DNA of 64,000 nt from a virus (IMGVR_UViG_3300028048_003175:1-64000), one strand, 5' to 3'. Positions 1 to 9,685 are shown, counted from the stretch's first letter. Notes: generated by a model not told the origin, from the sequence alone. Numbers and translations: made by a program.

Positions 1-23
1 ATCTTTGAGCGGCCTGAAGGCCT

Positions 24-177
24 AGTGAATAGTGAATAGTGAATAGTGAATAGTGAATAGTGAATAGTGAATAGTGAATAGTGAATAGTGAATAGTGAAT
101 AGTGATAAGTGAATAGTGAATAGTGATAAGTGAATAGTGAATAGTGAATAGTGAATAGTGATGAGTGATAAGTGATG
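24..177. repeat. Heptamer tandem repeat (AGTGANN)x22
   Basis: Period-7 array, mostly AGTGAAT with AGTGATA and AGTGATG variants. Confidence 0.95.
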
Positions 178-412
178 AGGGAGGAAAGAATTTGAGAGCG
201 ACCAATCGGCCGCTCTCAACCAACACAAAAACTAAACTAGACTTATATTGTGAAAACAGGCGTTTGTCTCTGACTTTCAGAAGCTTGGGTCTGCATCAGA
301 AATATGCTCCGACAATAATTCAGTCCTGTCAGTGTCTTTTTGGGGATCGAAAGCAGTCTCTCCGGAGGCTACGTTCATAGAGCCAGCGAAGTGGAAAGAA
401 CAGCCGACAAAC

Positions 413-1009
413 TTAGTCGCTCTTGTTATCAGCCCCTTCTTTTTTTAATTGTTCCTTCTCCAGATATTGCTCACGCTGGAGAAGATTCATTTCACGATTC
501 ATGATTGAATGCTCCAGATGTAGAAGCTGCTCCTCCTTGGCACGCAGCAGCTTTTCTCGATCAATGATGTCCGTCATCTGCTTCGACACCGTTTCTTGAA
601 GCGACGACAGGCGTTCCTCACGCTTCAACACATTCTGTTCGCGCTCGGTGACGTTGAGGATGCGCTGCTTGTATTCCTCCGTCCCCATGATGCGCTCAAC
701 GGCTTCGTCCACCATGTCTCGGACGTTCTCGGTCTGAGGACGTGGCTGCTGTCCTGGTTCCAGAGTGATGGGGAACTCGTAGGTAAACAGGAAATTCGGG
801 TTCACGCGCGGGTACCTCTCTCTAATCTTACGGGCGACGGCCTCATTGATTTTCTTCACTCGTCCGCTCTGAATGTCGTAGATGCGCTGATAGTTCAGCC
901 CGATTTCCTTGGCGAACGTCGGGGCGTTAAGTCCCACTTCCTTCAGCAGTGCCTCGATTGCTTCTGAGGCAGTTGCCAGCTTTCTTTTGTTCTGTTCCAT
1001 AATCCGCAA
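413..1009 (-). CDS. Phage repressor: N-terminal XRE-type HTH with coiled-coil C-terminus
   Basis: HTH-like segment APTFAKEIGLNYQRIYDIQSGR; divergent from the early operon; no S24 peptidase motif visible. Confidence 0.75.
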   Translation of the reverse strand: MRIMEQNKRKLATASEAIEALLKEVGLNAPTFAKEIGLNYQRIYDIQSGRVKKINEAVARKIRERYPRVNPNFLFTYEFPITLEPGQQPRPQTENVRDMVDEAVERIMGTEEYKQRILNVTEREQNVLKREERLSSLQETVSKQMTDIIDREKLLRAKEEQLLHLEHSIMNREMNLLQREQYLEKEQLKKEGADNKSD

Positions 1010-1088
1010 AAATTTTTATTTAGTTGAAAACTGCTAATTCGCATATTTGATAATTTACGTTAAAATTACGATATTTGATTATATTTTA

Positions 1089-1120
1089 CTTGCAGGAGTC
1101 CGCAAAAATGATTAACTTTG
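1089..1120 (+). promoter_or_regulatory. Rightward (lytic) Bacteroidetes-type promoter
   Basis: CTTG (1089-1092), 20 nt, TAACTTTG (1113-1120). Confidence 0.7.
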
Positions 1121-1146
1121 CACCATAACAACAACGATTACAACCG

Positions 1147-1178
1147 CAAAGGTAATCAATTTAGTTGAAAATTGCAAA
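1147..1178 (-). promoter_or_regulatory. Leftward promoter for the repressor
   Basis: Minus strand TTTG (1178-1175), 20 nt, TACCTTTG (1154-1147). Confidence 0.7.
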
Positions 1179-1262
1179 TAAGTAATATAGCAAAAAGTAA
1201 CAAATTTGCTGATACGTCTCGGCTCTCTCCCGTGACGTTGAGGCGGAACAAAAAGGAAGACT

Positions 1263-1472
1263 ATGGAGAATTTAGGAGTTAAGAAGCTGCCGATTATGCC
1301 AACTCTTCGCAAGCTGGAGGTCGGCGAAAAATGCGAGTTCCCCATCGAGCAGCGTTCCAGCGTTGTCGTTCTCCTTCAGAGAATGAGGACGGAAGGGATG
1401 CGTGTCGGGTGGGATGCTGAGCTGGACACTGACAAGGAAGCCTTTATGGTTTATGTGACCAGAACAAAATGA
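1263..1472 (+). CDS. Small Cro-like DNA-binding protein
   Basis: 69 aa, first gene divergent from the repressor. Confidence 0.5.
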   Translation: MENLGVKKLPIMPTLRKLEVGEKCEFPIEQRSSVVVLLQRMRTEGMRVGWDAELDTDKEAFMVYVTRTK

Positions 1473-1747
1473 GGTTGTCGCTCAGTCCGACGGAGTTCCA
1501 GATTGCGGAGCTGTACTGCCACGGGCTGATCGACAAGGAAATATCAGAAGAAGTAAGGAAGCCGATATGGACTGTCAGAAATCACAAGCGCCACATCTAT
1601 CAGAAGTTAGGCATTTCGACTACCCACGAGCTGGTGTTGTATATGGTATGCAAGGCTCTCGGGAAGAACTGGAGTGTGCCGGAGCTGAGGGAGAAGGGTT
1701 TGGGAATACTGTTGTCTGTATCGCTGACGATAACAGGGATTCTGTAG
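1469..1747 (+). CDS. LuxR-type HTH transcriptional regulator
   Basis: LSPTEFQIAELYCHGLIDKEIS...TVRNHKRHIYQKLGI matches the LuxR/GerE HTH pattern. Confidence 0.8.
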   Translation: MRLSLSPTEFQIAELYCHGLIDKEISEEVRKPIWTVRNHKRHIYQKLGISTTHELVLYMVCKALGKNWSVPELREKGLGILLSVSLTITGIL

Positions 1748-1770
1748 CTGACGCAGATTGCTTCGGGCGA

Positions 1771-1995
1771 CTGGAGGGCGATATCCGCTTTAGAAGTCTG
1801 CTTGGAAGACTGCGAGGCGTAGAGTTTTCCTGGTCTCTGTCGGTAAAGTTGCTTGGTGGAGAGAAGAGGCTGAGGAACCTGCTGACTAAAGGTAAGATTC
1901 ATGCGACCAAAAAATCTGGTGCGCCAAACACCATGTGGCGCTTCAATGCAGTAGAGGTCGTGGCGTACGTCAAACCTGATAAAAAATTTCTCTAA
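1771..1995 (+). CDS. Small excisionase-like DNA-binding protein (start uncertain)
   Basis: C-terminal part of ORF 1567-1995 (GGEKRLRNLL...WRFNAVEV); no clean ATG after the LuxR stop. Confidence 0.4.
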   Translation: MEGDIRFRSLLGRLRGVEFSWSLSVKLLGGEKRLRNLLTKGKIHATKKSGAPNTMWRFNAVEVVAYVKPDKKFL

Positions 1996-2184
1996 GGAAA
2001 AGTGAAAAAATCTCAAAATCCACGATTGAACCATAAGAATAATCGGAAATTCCGATTTTTATGTTGCCGTAATATTTACGATATAAAATAGTAAAATATA
2101 CGAGTTTTTGCAATCGTATATCGGGATATATCACTACCTTTGCAATGCGAATAGGAATTGTATTACATCTTAATTCATTTTATT

Positions 2185-3150
2185 ATGGGATTATTTAAGA
2201 AAGCCTCTGAGCTGACGGAGAAGAAAACTATCAGCATCCTCGTGTACGGACAGCCTGGTGCAGGTAAGTCCAGTCTTGCAGTCAGTGCCCCCGGGCCTGT
2301 CGCAGTGTTTGATTTCGATGGTGGTATTCAGCGTGTGAACGCCGCCCACTTGGCAGAGACGGAAATCCTCGTCGTTTCTGACTGGACGGAGGTAGGACAA
2401 GCTCTCGCAAGTGAGGAAATCGCAGCTTTCCAGACCATCGTCATCGATACAGCAGGCAAGATGCTGTCTTTCATGGACAAGTACATCATTGCAGGAAGCC
2501 GTGACCGCAACCCGACACGTTCCCTGACACTTAATGAGTACGGTGTCCGTAAGACGATGTTCAACAACTTCGTCCAGCAAGTTCTCACGATGGGTAAGAA
2601 TCTCGTGTTTATCGCCCATGACCGTGAGGAAAAGGATGGTGAGATCAAGAAGATACGTCCAGAGATTGGCGGTTCTTCTGCAGGTGACCTCATCAAGGAG
2701 CTGGACCTCGTAGGCTATCTGGAGATTATCGGCAACGACCGTGTCATCAGCTTCACCCCTAACGAGCGTTATTATGCGAAGAACGCCTGCAACCTGCCCC
2801 CGAAGCTCAAGATCCCCGTCATCCTCGATGATAAGGGTAACATGGCTAAGGATGCCAAGGGTCATGTCATCCGTAACACTTTCCTCGCTGACATCATCCG
2901 TATGTACACGATGTCACAGTCCGAGCGCAACAACCAGCTTGCGCAGTATGACACCCTCAAGGAGGTCATCGACGACAAGGTTGGTACCATCAAGGATGCC
3001 GACTCTGCCAACGCTATGTTCGAGGAACTATCCAAGCTGGAGGTTATCTTCGACAGCGAGCTTTACTGGAAGCAAGTGCTCCACGAGAAGTGCACCTCAC
3101 TGGGATTGAAGTATGACAAGCTGACTTCTAAATACGTTTCTGCTGCATGA
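2185..3150 (+). CDS. P-loop ATPase, Sak4/AAA_24-like phage recombination protein
   Basis: Walker A GQPGAGKS, FDFDGG, Walker B IVIDT, FIAH. Confidence 0.8.
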   Translation: MGLFKKASELTEKKTISILVYGQPGAGKSSLAVSAPGPVAVFDFDGGIQRVNAAHLAETEILVVSDWTEVGQALASEEIAAFQTIVIDTAGKMLSFMDKYIIAGSRDRNPTRSLTLNEYGVRKTMFNNFVQQVLTMGKNLVFIAHDREEKDGEIKKIRPEIGGSSAGDLIKELDLVGYLEIIGNDRVISFTPNERYYAKNACNLPPKLKIPVILDDKGNMAKDAKGHVIRNTFLADIIRMYTMSQSERNNQLAQYDTLKEVIDDKVGTIKDADSANAMFEELSKLEVIFDSELYWKQVLHEKCTSLGLKYDKLTSKYVSAA

Positions 3151-4118
3151 ACGACCAGAGGATAGCATACAGGATATATCCTTCTCTGCTTGATAAGTAT
3201 CAGACCTTACTCAACGCAGAGAAGGACTTGGAAGCTCCTTGGAACATCGACCGTGAGACTGGCGAGTACAAGAAGACACTCGCGCAGATCGAGGACGAGG
3301 CACGGCAAAGCCTGTTAAACAGCATCAACCGTGTCCCGTTCCACTCACTGGCTGCTGACAATGGCACGGTGTTCAACGAGCTTGTGGACTGTCTGCACCG
3401 AGGCCGTAAATCATTCCGTGACGATATCACTTTCAAGACCTTCAAGGAGTACGGGCTCATAGCTGCTCGTTTCCAGCAGGAGGGCTTGCCTGATGAATAT
3501 TTCTATTACGACCTCGCCAGTGCGAGGAATATCGCTGACTTCTTCAAAGGTAGCTGTTGCCAGCTCTTTGTAAAGGGCATCCTGCCTACCGTTTTTGGTA
3601 ATGTCGAGCTGTATGGCTACATCGACGAGCTGAAGCGTGACGTGGTGTATGACCTCAAGACGACAGGCAGCTACTACACCTTCGGCAAGTTCGAGGACCA
3701 CTGGCAGCGGTACGTCTATCCCTACTGCCTCATCGAGTCCAGACAGATGAAGGACGTGCTGGCATTTGAGTATTCCGTGCTGAAATGGACGAAGCGCAAG
3801 TCTGCCGCCATCATGCAGGACAGCGACCTGTGGGACTGGGTGGAAGTGCAGCCAGTGTTCTTCGACCCTGCCACAAAGCGCCCCGTTGATATCGACAAGA
3901 TGATAGCTGCTGGACGGAAGAAAGAAGAATTCATTGAGCAAATGCCTCAGTTCACCTCTGTGGACGTGTACGGCTTCGACTACTTCCCGGAGTTCTACAA
4001 CTACGATCATGCTGAATGCGTGGAGAAACTCACCTATATGGTGGAAGGCTTCATCGAGTGGATTGAGGACAACAGGGAGTTTATCACTGACAAGAAGATC
4101 TTTAATCAACAAACTTAA
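3147..4118 (+). CDS. PD-(D/E)XK exonuclease-like protein
   Basis: LYGYIDE...VYDLKTT motif; follows the recombinase. Confidence 0.65.
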   Translation: MNDQRIAYRIYPSLLDKYQTLLNAEKDLEAPWNIDRETGEYKKTLAQIEDEARQSLLNSINRVPFHSLAADNGTVFNELVDCLHRGRKSFRDDITFKTFKEYGLIAARFQQEGLPDEYFYYDLASARNIADFFKGSCCQLFVKGILPTVFGNVELYGYIDELKRDVVYDLKTTGSYYTFGKFEDHWQRYVYPYCLIESRQMKDVLAFEYSVLKWTKRKSAAIMQDSDLWDWVEVQPVFFDPATKRPVDIDKMIAAGRKKEEFIEQMPQFTSVDVYGFDYFPEFYNYDHAECVEKLTYMVEGFIEWIEDNREFITDKKIFNQQT

Positions 4119-4131
4119 ATTCAATACGCTT

Positions 4132-4467
4132 ATGGTAAAAATGGTAAATGGAATCCCCATTTTTGAAAGGCCCAAGATTAAGAATGAGCCGTTCATGCTC
4201 TGTGTAGCAAGATGTATCAAGGAAATCGCTTCAAGAGTGACTAAAAAGAGTCCCAACTCTTTCCTCTTCGTTGCCAGTGATGGCAAGGACATCCGTGTCG
4301 GTGCCGGTGGCAATGAGGAAAACATCATCAAGGGACTTGTTTCACTGCTTGACTCTAACGAACCCGTGCGAAAATTACTTTTAACCCATTATACAATTAA
4401 ACAACAGAAAGAAAATGGAAGAACAGAAGAACAACCAGGAGCAGGAGCAGAACAACCTGCAGAATGA
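4132..4467 (+). CDS. Hypothetical protein
   Basis: ORF with AT-rich leader, within the operon. Confidence 0.55.
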   Translation: MVKMVNGIPIFERPKIKNEPFMLCVARCIKEIASRVTKKSPNSFLFVASDGKDIRVGAGGNEENIIKGLVSLLDSNEPVRKLLLTHYTIKQQKENGRTEEQPGAGAEQPAE

Positions 4468-5311
4468 AGAGGCTGCAGAGCAGCAGGTAGAGAACCAGGA
4501 ACAGCAGCAGGAGGAGATTGACTTCTTCCCTGAAATGCTGGAGGACATGACCGAAGAGGAACGTTTGAACTTCTTCGAGGACCATGGCAAGGGCGTAATG
4601 AACCGCTACTTCGACCGTGCCTTGACAGAGGACGAAGAGAACTCGCTGAAGAACGACCTCTATGAGCTGAATCTCGACCTGATGGCTAAGACGCAGGAGA
4701 AGGCAGACATCGTGAAGTCTCTCGGCGACCAGATTAAGTCCCTGCAGACGCAGATGAATGCCGTCACCAACGACATCAAGAAGGGTACCAAGGAAGTGTA
4801 TGAGCCTTGCGTGAAGGTGCTCGACATCAAAGGTCATAAGGTCTATTTCTTCGCCCAGAACGACGGACGCTGCGTGTTCCAGCGTAACATCACTGGCGAC
4901 GATCTGGAGCAGTCGTTCCCCTTTGAGACTGTCTATAATGTTGTCGATGAAGAAGGCGGCAAGGTTGAGCTTATCGTCTCTCGTCACGGTGGCTTCCCGG
5001 AGGTCGGTGACGACACCACCAATGAGGATGGCGAGTACACCATGGACGAAGAATCAATTGTTGTCGTTAAGAACGGCAAGATTACCGAGGTTGACCGCAG
5101 CGCATCTATGAAGTGGGAACCACAGGTTGGTGACAAGTTCAAGAAGGATGGCCACCACACCCTGCCTACTGACTTCATCATCGATGTAGAGGACGGTGTC
5201 ATCACCGAGGTACACAAGAAGGGCGAAGAACAGGAGGAGGCTGCACCTGCAGAGGAACAGTCCCTGGAGTTTGAAGAAGCCCAACAGGAGCAAGAGGCCG
5301 CTACAGAGTAA
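4415..5311 (+). CDS. Acidic hypothetical protein with two repeats resembling the head protease/scaffold domain
   Basis: 298-aa ORF; PEVGD and PQVGD repeats. Confidence 0.7.
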   Translation: MEEQKNNQEQEQNNLQNEEAAEQQVENQEQQQEEIDFFPEMLEDMTEEERLNFFEDHGKGVMNRYFDRALTEDEENSLKNDLYELNLDLMAKTQEKADIVKSLGDQIKSLQTQMNAVTNDIKKGTKEVYEPCVKVLDIKGHKVYFFAQNDGRCVFQRNITGDDLEQSFPFETVYNVVDEEGGKVELIVSRHGGFPEVGDDTTNEDGEYTMDEESIVVVKNGKITEVDRSASMKWEPQVGDKFKKDGHHTLPTDFIIDVEDGVITEVHKKGEEQEEAAPAEEQSLEFEEAQQEQEAATE

Positions 5312-5330
5312 CGACCTTGTATGTTGTGAC

Positions 5331-5360
5331 TGGCGGAGCTTTCATCGGCTCCGCCACTTT
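5331..5360 (+). terminator. Hairpin, putative intrinsic terminator
   Basis: TGGCGGAGC...GCTCCGCCA followed by CTTT. Confidence 0.55.
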
Positions 5361-5380
5361 ACCTGTTTATTCAAATCAGT

Positions 5381-6610
5381 ATGGCATTTACATTACGACC
5401 CTATCAACAGCAAGCCTCTGATGCCGGAGTCCGCTTCTTTTCTACGAAGTCGGGCTACCATGCCTTGGAGGTGCTACCTACTGGTAGTGGCAAATCGCTT
5501 GTCGTGGCAGATATCGCCAACAGGCTCGATGGCGACACGTTGATTTTGCAGCCGTCAAAAGAGATACTGCAGCAGAATTATGACAAGATGTGCTCGTATG
5601 GTGCAGAGTGCAGCATCTTCTCGGCATCGATGAACAAGAAGGAAATCAGCAAGATTACCTTCGCCACTATCCAGAGCGTGATGAACGAGCTGTCGTCCTT
5701 CGACCACTTCCGGAATGTCATCGTCGATGAGTGCCACAGAGTAAACCCACAGGGTGGCCAGTATGTGGACTTCATCAAGCATACCAAGCGCAAGGTACTC
5801 GGGCTTACGGCAACACCGTATATCCTTGCATCGACGAGGGTACCAATCAAAGGTCCTGACGGCAAGGTCATGAAAGACTTGTACGGCAATGTGGAAATGG
5901 AGCGTGGAGCAATCCTGCGCTTCCTTACGCGCATGAAGCCCAAGGTATTCAAGGACGTGCTCTATTACTGCCAGGTGTGGGACTTACTGCAGCAAGGCTT
6001 TCTCGCTGAGGTAAAATACTATGATGTCACCCCACAGTCGTTTCTCGATGCAAGGGCTAATCTCCAGCGTAACACGACTGGAATGGACTACGATGTGGAG
6101 AGCGTACAGCGCAGCTTCCGCTATGTAGGTATGTACTCCTACCTTGTCAGCATCATACGCCGTCTGTTGAACGCCGGACGGTATCATATCCTCGTGTTCT
6201 GTCATACACTGGCTGAAGCTGAGGCTCTGACGGGTGCATTTCCCGGATGCGCCTTTGTGTCTGGTGAGACTAACCAGAACGAGCGCGACCGCATCCTGCA
6301 GGAGTTCAAGGCAGGCAAGATACGCATTGTCGCAAACGTGGGAGTGCTGACTACTGGCTTTGACTTCCCTGCCCTTGATACTGTCGTCATGGCTCGTCCA
6401 ACGATGTCACTTGCGATGTACTACCAGATTGTAGGACGCCTGCTACGACCGTACCCTAACAAGGTTCCCTGGTTCATTGACTTGTGTGGCAACGTGCGCC
6501 GCTTCGGTCACGTGGAGCACCTATGGCTCGATTGCCCGTCCGCTGGAGAATGGATCGTCAAGGGCTATGTAGGTGGAGTATGGACTCAACTAACAAACAT
6601 TTTCTTCTGA
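5381..6610 (+). CDS. SF2 DEAD/DEAH-box helicase
   Basis: LRPYQ, PTGSGKS, DECH, GLTATP, TTGFD, QIVGRLLR. Confidence 0.92.
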   Translation: MAFTLRPYQQQASDAGVRFFSTKSGYHALEVLPTGSGKSLVVADIANRLDGDTLILQPSKEILQQNYDKMCSYGAECSIFSASMNKKEISKITFATIQSVMNELSSFDHFRNVIVDECHRVNPQGGQYVDFIKHTKRKVLGLTATPYILASTRVPIKGPDGKVMKDLYGNVEMERGAILRFLTRMKPKVFKDVLYYCQVWDLLQQGFLAEVKYYDVTPQSFLDARANLQRNTTGMDYDVESVQRSFRYVGMYSYLVSIIRRLLNAGRYHILVFCHTLAEAEALTGAFPGCAFVSGETNQNERDRILQEFKAGKIRIVANVGVLTTGFDFPALDTVVMARPTMSLAMYYQIVGRLLRPYPNKVPWFIDLCGNVRRFGHVEHLWLDCPSAGEWIVKGYVGGVWTQLTNIFF

Positions 6611-7062
6611 TGGATAAGAAACCAAGCAGGCCTGAGCGTAAGCCCATTCCGAAAGATATTCATAAGATGCTGAGAGGTGACACCGTGCGTGTGGGAGACC
6701 TCAAGCACCTCCCAATAAGTGAGAAGCAGCTACAGATGGTCTGTGTTGCTGAGTTCCGTCGGCTCTATCCAGAACTGGCGAACCAAGGGCTGTTGTTCCA
6801 TGTTCCCAACGAGACCGCAGGCATATCGCTGTCTAAGCCTCAACTGAAGGCTAATGGCGTATGTAATGGCGTGGCTGACCTCATCCTCCTTGTACCACGT
6901 CATGGCTATGGCTGTCTGTGCATTGAGCTGAAGACTCCCATCGGAGTGCAGAGACCGTCACAGAAGGCGTGGATGAAGGCTGTCATGGCTGTCGGCCAGA
7001 AGTATGTCATCTGCCGTACCGTAGATGACTTTGTCCGTGAGATAAACACCTACCTCAGATGA
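6610..7062 (+). CDS. VRR-NUC domain nuclease
   Basis: EKQLQ...FHVPN...GVADL...IELK...Q. Confidence 0.8.
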   Translation: MDKKPSRPERKPIPKDIHKMLRGDTVRVGDLKHLPISEKQLQMVCVAEFRRLYPELANQGLLFHVPNETAGISLSKPQLKANGVCNGVADLILLVPRHGYGCLCIELKTPIGVQRPSQKAWMKAVMAVGQKYVICRTVDDFVREINTYLR

Positions 7063-8039
7063 ACATTCAGATAAACATAAAAGTCCTCGATGGGACGTGG
7101 TGGTTCAAGGGGTGTGCCATCAAGCTCTTGTTCTACCTTGTCGATAAGGCAAGGCTTCTCCACAAGTCAACGGTGGAGTACAACAGGCGTGAGGCTGCTG
7201 CCGACCTTGGAGAGACGGAGTGGTCTATCAGAACGGCATACGAACAGCTCAAGCAGAAAGGAATCGTCCTCCCAATTACCGCCCAAAGGAAAGTGGGTAC
7301 AACTGTCGGATTTACAGGCGATTACGTGTGTGTGACTGATGACGTCCGCCCAAATACCGCCCAAAGCAAGGGTAAGAAGAAGGCTTCCTCTCCCAAATAC
7401 CGCCCAAATACCGCCCAATTAAATGATGGCGTAACTGCCGATAAATCAGATAGTTCAGAGCAAGTGGATGGTGCTGTCTCTCCTAATAACCGCCCAAATA
7501 CCGCCCAGAAAAAAGATAAAGAAACAAACAAAGAAATTTCCCCCCTTACCCCCTATATAGAAAATAACAAAGAAACAGAATGTCCTAACGGACGGTTGCC
7601 GGCAGCGCCTGGTGGCGCACCGGCGTTGAACCAGAGGGCGCGTCTTTGCTTTGAGGAGGTTTACAGGAACTTGTATCATGCGGAGTATTACTGGACGGCT
7701 AAGGACGCAGGTCAGATGACCCAGCTTCTGAACAAGATCCGCTTCTCACGGGAGAAAAGAGCTACCCCACTTCCTGTTGATGACGAGTCACTGGTGGAGG
7801 CTTTGAAGAAATTCCTCCTATCCATCAACAAAGACTGGATAAGCAACAACTTCTCCGTTTCAATGATAGCATCACATTACAACGAAATAATTTCCGAAAT
7901 CAAGAATAGAACCAATGGACGAAAGACATCAACTGATACAGCCACTCTCGCAAGACGGGCTGAAATCGCTGCTAACATCACTTCCTACGACGAGCAATGG
8001 CAACGGGAACACGGCACTGGCGACGGCACTGGCTCGTAG
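7059..8039 (+). CDS. Phage replication initiator (lambda O-like)
   Basis: N-terminal wHTH-like region; internal RPNTAQ repeats that correspond to DNA iterons. Confidence 0.7.
   Translation: MNIQINIKVLDGTWWFKGCAIKLLFYLVDKARLLHKSTVEYNRREAAADLGETEWSIRTAYEQLKQKGIVLPITAQRKVGTTVGFTGDYVCVTDDVRPNTAQSKGKKKASSPKYRPNTAQLNDGVTADKSDSSEQVDGAVSPNNRPNTAQKKDKETNKEISPLTPYIENNKETECPNGRLPAAPGGAPALNQRARLCFEEVYRNLYHAEYYWTAKDAGQMTQLLNKIRFSREKRATPLPVDDESLVEALKKFLLSINKDWISNNFSVSMIASHYNEIISEIKNRTNGRKTSTDTATLARRAEIAANITSYDEQWQREHGTGDGTGS
7277..7580. repeat. Putative replication origin: CCGCCCAAATA iterons plus A-rich tract
   Basis: CCGCCCAA(ATA) units near 7279, 7346-7365, 7392-7420 and 7489-7508, then A-rich 7508-7580. 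Confidence 0.7.
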
Positions 8040-8628
8040 TACACCACCGTCCCAGCTCTATAAGCAGTATTCTCCGGACCTGCAGGGAGTCCTCGACGGA
8101 AGGGTGCGCGATATCTCCGTCATTGCCGAGCGTCCTGACGTACCCACTCTCAGCGAGATAGCATCCGCCTATAAGAATACTGGTGTCGCCGTTGACTGGA
8201 TAAAGGTACAACTGGAGGTGGTCAATGCTTTCACTAATGTTCAACAGCGCCTCACAACGGAGCAGCTCATAGCCATCGGTGAGCAGATTTTTTCTCTCTA
8301 CCCAGATATCAATCTCCTGGAGTTCACGCTCTTCTGTGGAAGACTCCGCAGGGGCAAGTACGAAAAGTGGTATGGTGCCGTTGACGGGCAGAAAATCCTC
8401 ATCAGCCTCGACTCGTTCATGGAAGACAGGCGTGACGATCTGGTGCGGAAGCAGGAGGAAGAGCATAAAAGACTGATGGTACAGGATGCCGATACACCAG
8501 GTGTTGACCCAAGGGAGCTGATACGTCAGAACCCCGGCAAGTACCCTAATCTCGAAAAGATATTCGCCAATGGTGGTATCTATGAAAACATCACAATTCC
8601 AGTAACCCCTAAGAAAAAGAAGAAATGA
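7915..8628 (+). CDS. Replication-associated protein (possible helicase loader)
   Basis: Directly follows the initiator; LLEFTLFCGRLRRGKY. Confidence 0.5.
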   Translation: MDERHQLIQPLSQDGLKSLLTSLPTTSNGNGNTALATALARSTPPSQLYKQYSPDLQGVLDGRVRDISVIAERPDVPTLSEIASAYKNTGVAVDWIKVQLEVVNAFTNVQQRLTTEQLIAIGEQIFSLYPDINLLEFTLFCGRLRRGKYEKWYGAVDGQKILISLDSFMEDRRDDLVRKQEEEHKRLMVQDADTPGVDPRELIRQNPGKYPNLEKIFANGGIYENITIPVTPKKKKK

Positions 8629-9233
8629 AAAAGCTGACTTCAACAACGGACATCGAGCAGGACCTTAGCGTTATGCTCTATAACTATTCTGATGGCACCC
8701 TCTGGCTCCATGAGCGCTGTCTGATAACCAGAGAAAAGGAAAATGTGTTCTTCCCCATACAGGGCGTGAAGGCGCGTGAAGGTGTTGTAACATGTATCTG
8801 CAGCACTCGTGACCTGTTGCCTTCCACTTCACGCAAGCCGGAGTGGTCTGAGTTTACTCTCAGCGAACAGTTGAAAATCCATGAAGCTGTGAAGCAAGAA
8901 TACTACCAACGGCTGTATGGTGACTTTGCCTACTTGCTGGATAGCATGGGAAAGGATATGCGGAAGGCTATCCTCAAGATGGGACGGCACAATGAGAACT
9001 ACAAGTTTACGGAAAGCGAGGCTCCACGTTTCTACCATGATGGGGCATGGCGTGTGGTGACGGAGCTTCAGTTCCCTCCTGATGACAACCTTGCGATCAT
9101 GGCTGGCTGGCATGACGACCGCTGCCGCAACAGAGGTGTCAATGCGCGTATGGCTCTAAGCTGCTTGCCACTGGAATGTCAGCGCGACTTCTTTTTGCTG
9201 ATGGCTCGACGCCGTGCCGCATCGCATATTTGA
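8625..9233 (+). CDS. Hypothetical protein
   Basis: ATGA overlap with the upstream gene. Confidence 0.6.
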   Translation: MKKLTSTTDIEQDLSVMLYNYSDGTLWLHERCLITREKENVFFPIQGVKAREGVVTCICSTRDLLPSTSRKPEWSEFTLSEQLKIHEAVKQEYYQRLYGDFAYLLDSMGKDMRKAILKMGRHNENYKFTESEAPRFYHDGAWRVVTELQFPPDDNLAIMAGWHDDRCRNRGVNARMALSCLPLECQRDFFLLMARRRAASHI

Positions 9234-9324
9234 TTAACACTATTTAATAAAACTTTCTCCGTAAAAACTTGCATATTTGATTATTTCTTTGTATCTTTGT
9301 ATTGCAAATAAGATAATAATCAAT
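9224..9324 (+). promoter_or_regulatory. Repeated early promoter/operator cassette, copy 1
   Basis: CTTG-N20-TATCTTTG (9292-9299) with three (T)GCA-N5-GATWA boxes. Confidence 0.85.
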
Positions 9325-9341
9325 TTAAAAACGGAACAATT

Positions 9342-9602
9342 ATGGAAACTCAAAATTATCAAAACATCGTAGCTGAAATCAAGCAGCTGGTTAATGACAA
9401 TAACCTCGCCAACGAATACGGCGTAGTTTACCTCACTGAGCCGGTCAATCTCAACGGAGGTGATGAAAAGGTGGACGCTTTCAATGTCGAGAGTGACGAT
9501 GTGTATCTCGATTATCCCTGCGACCTTTGGTTCGGCATCAACGTTGATATTGAGACCGTTAAGGGTATTCTCAATTCCCTTCGCAAGCAAGTAACGAAGT
9601 AG
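9342..9602 (+). CDS. Hypothetical protein
   Basis: First ORF after the promoter cassette. Confidence 0.65.
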   Translation: METQNYQNIVAEIKQLVNDNNLANEYGVVYLTEPVNLNGGDEKVDAFNVESDDVYLDYPCDLWFGINVDIETVKGILNSLRKQVTK

Positions 9603-9613
9603 ATTGTTCCGTT

Positions 9614-9645
9614 GTCCCTCAGCCCCTTCGGGGGCAGGGACTTTT
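9614..9645 (+). terminator. Hairpin with cUUCGg tetraloop and T tract
   Basis: GTCCCT..CCCC TTCG GGGG..AGGGAC TTTT. Confidence 0.6.
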
Positions 9646-9685
9646 AAAGAACTCAAGTAATAACAATCAAAAAAGCAGAAAAGTC

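Noticed and set aside
24-177. CRISPR array
   Set aside because: Contiguous 7-mers with no spacers and no cas genes
22-228. 68-aa ORF with SLFTIHY repeats
   Set aside because: It is the translation of the heptamer repeat, with no sign of being a gene
180-412. attL site or structured RNA
   Set aside because: No matching repeat, tRNA or integrase in the window to support it
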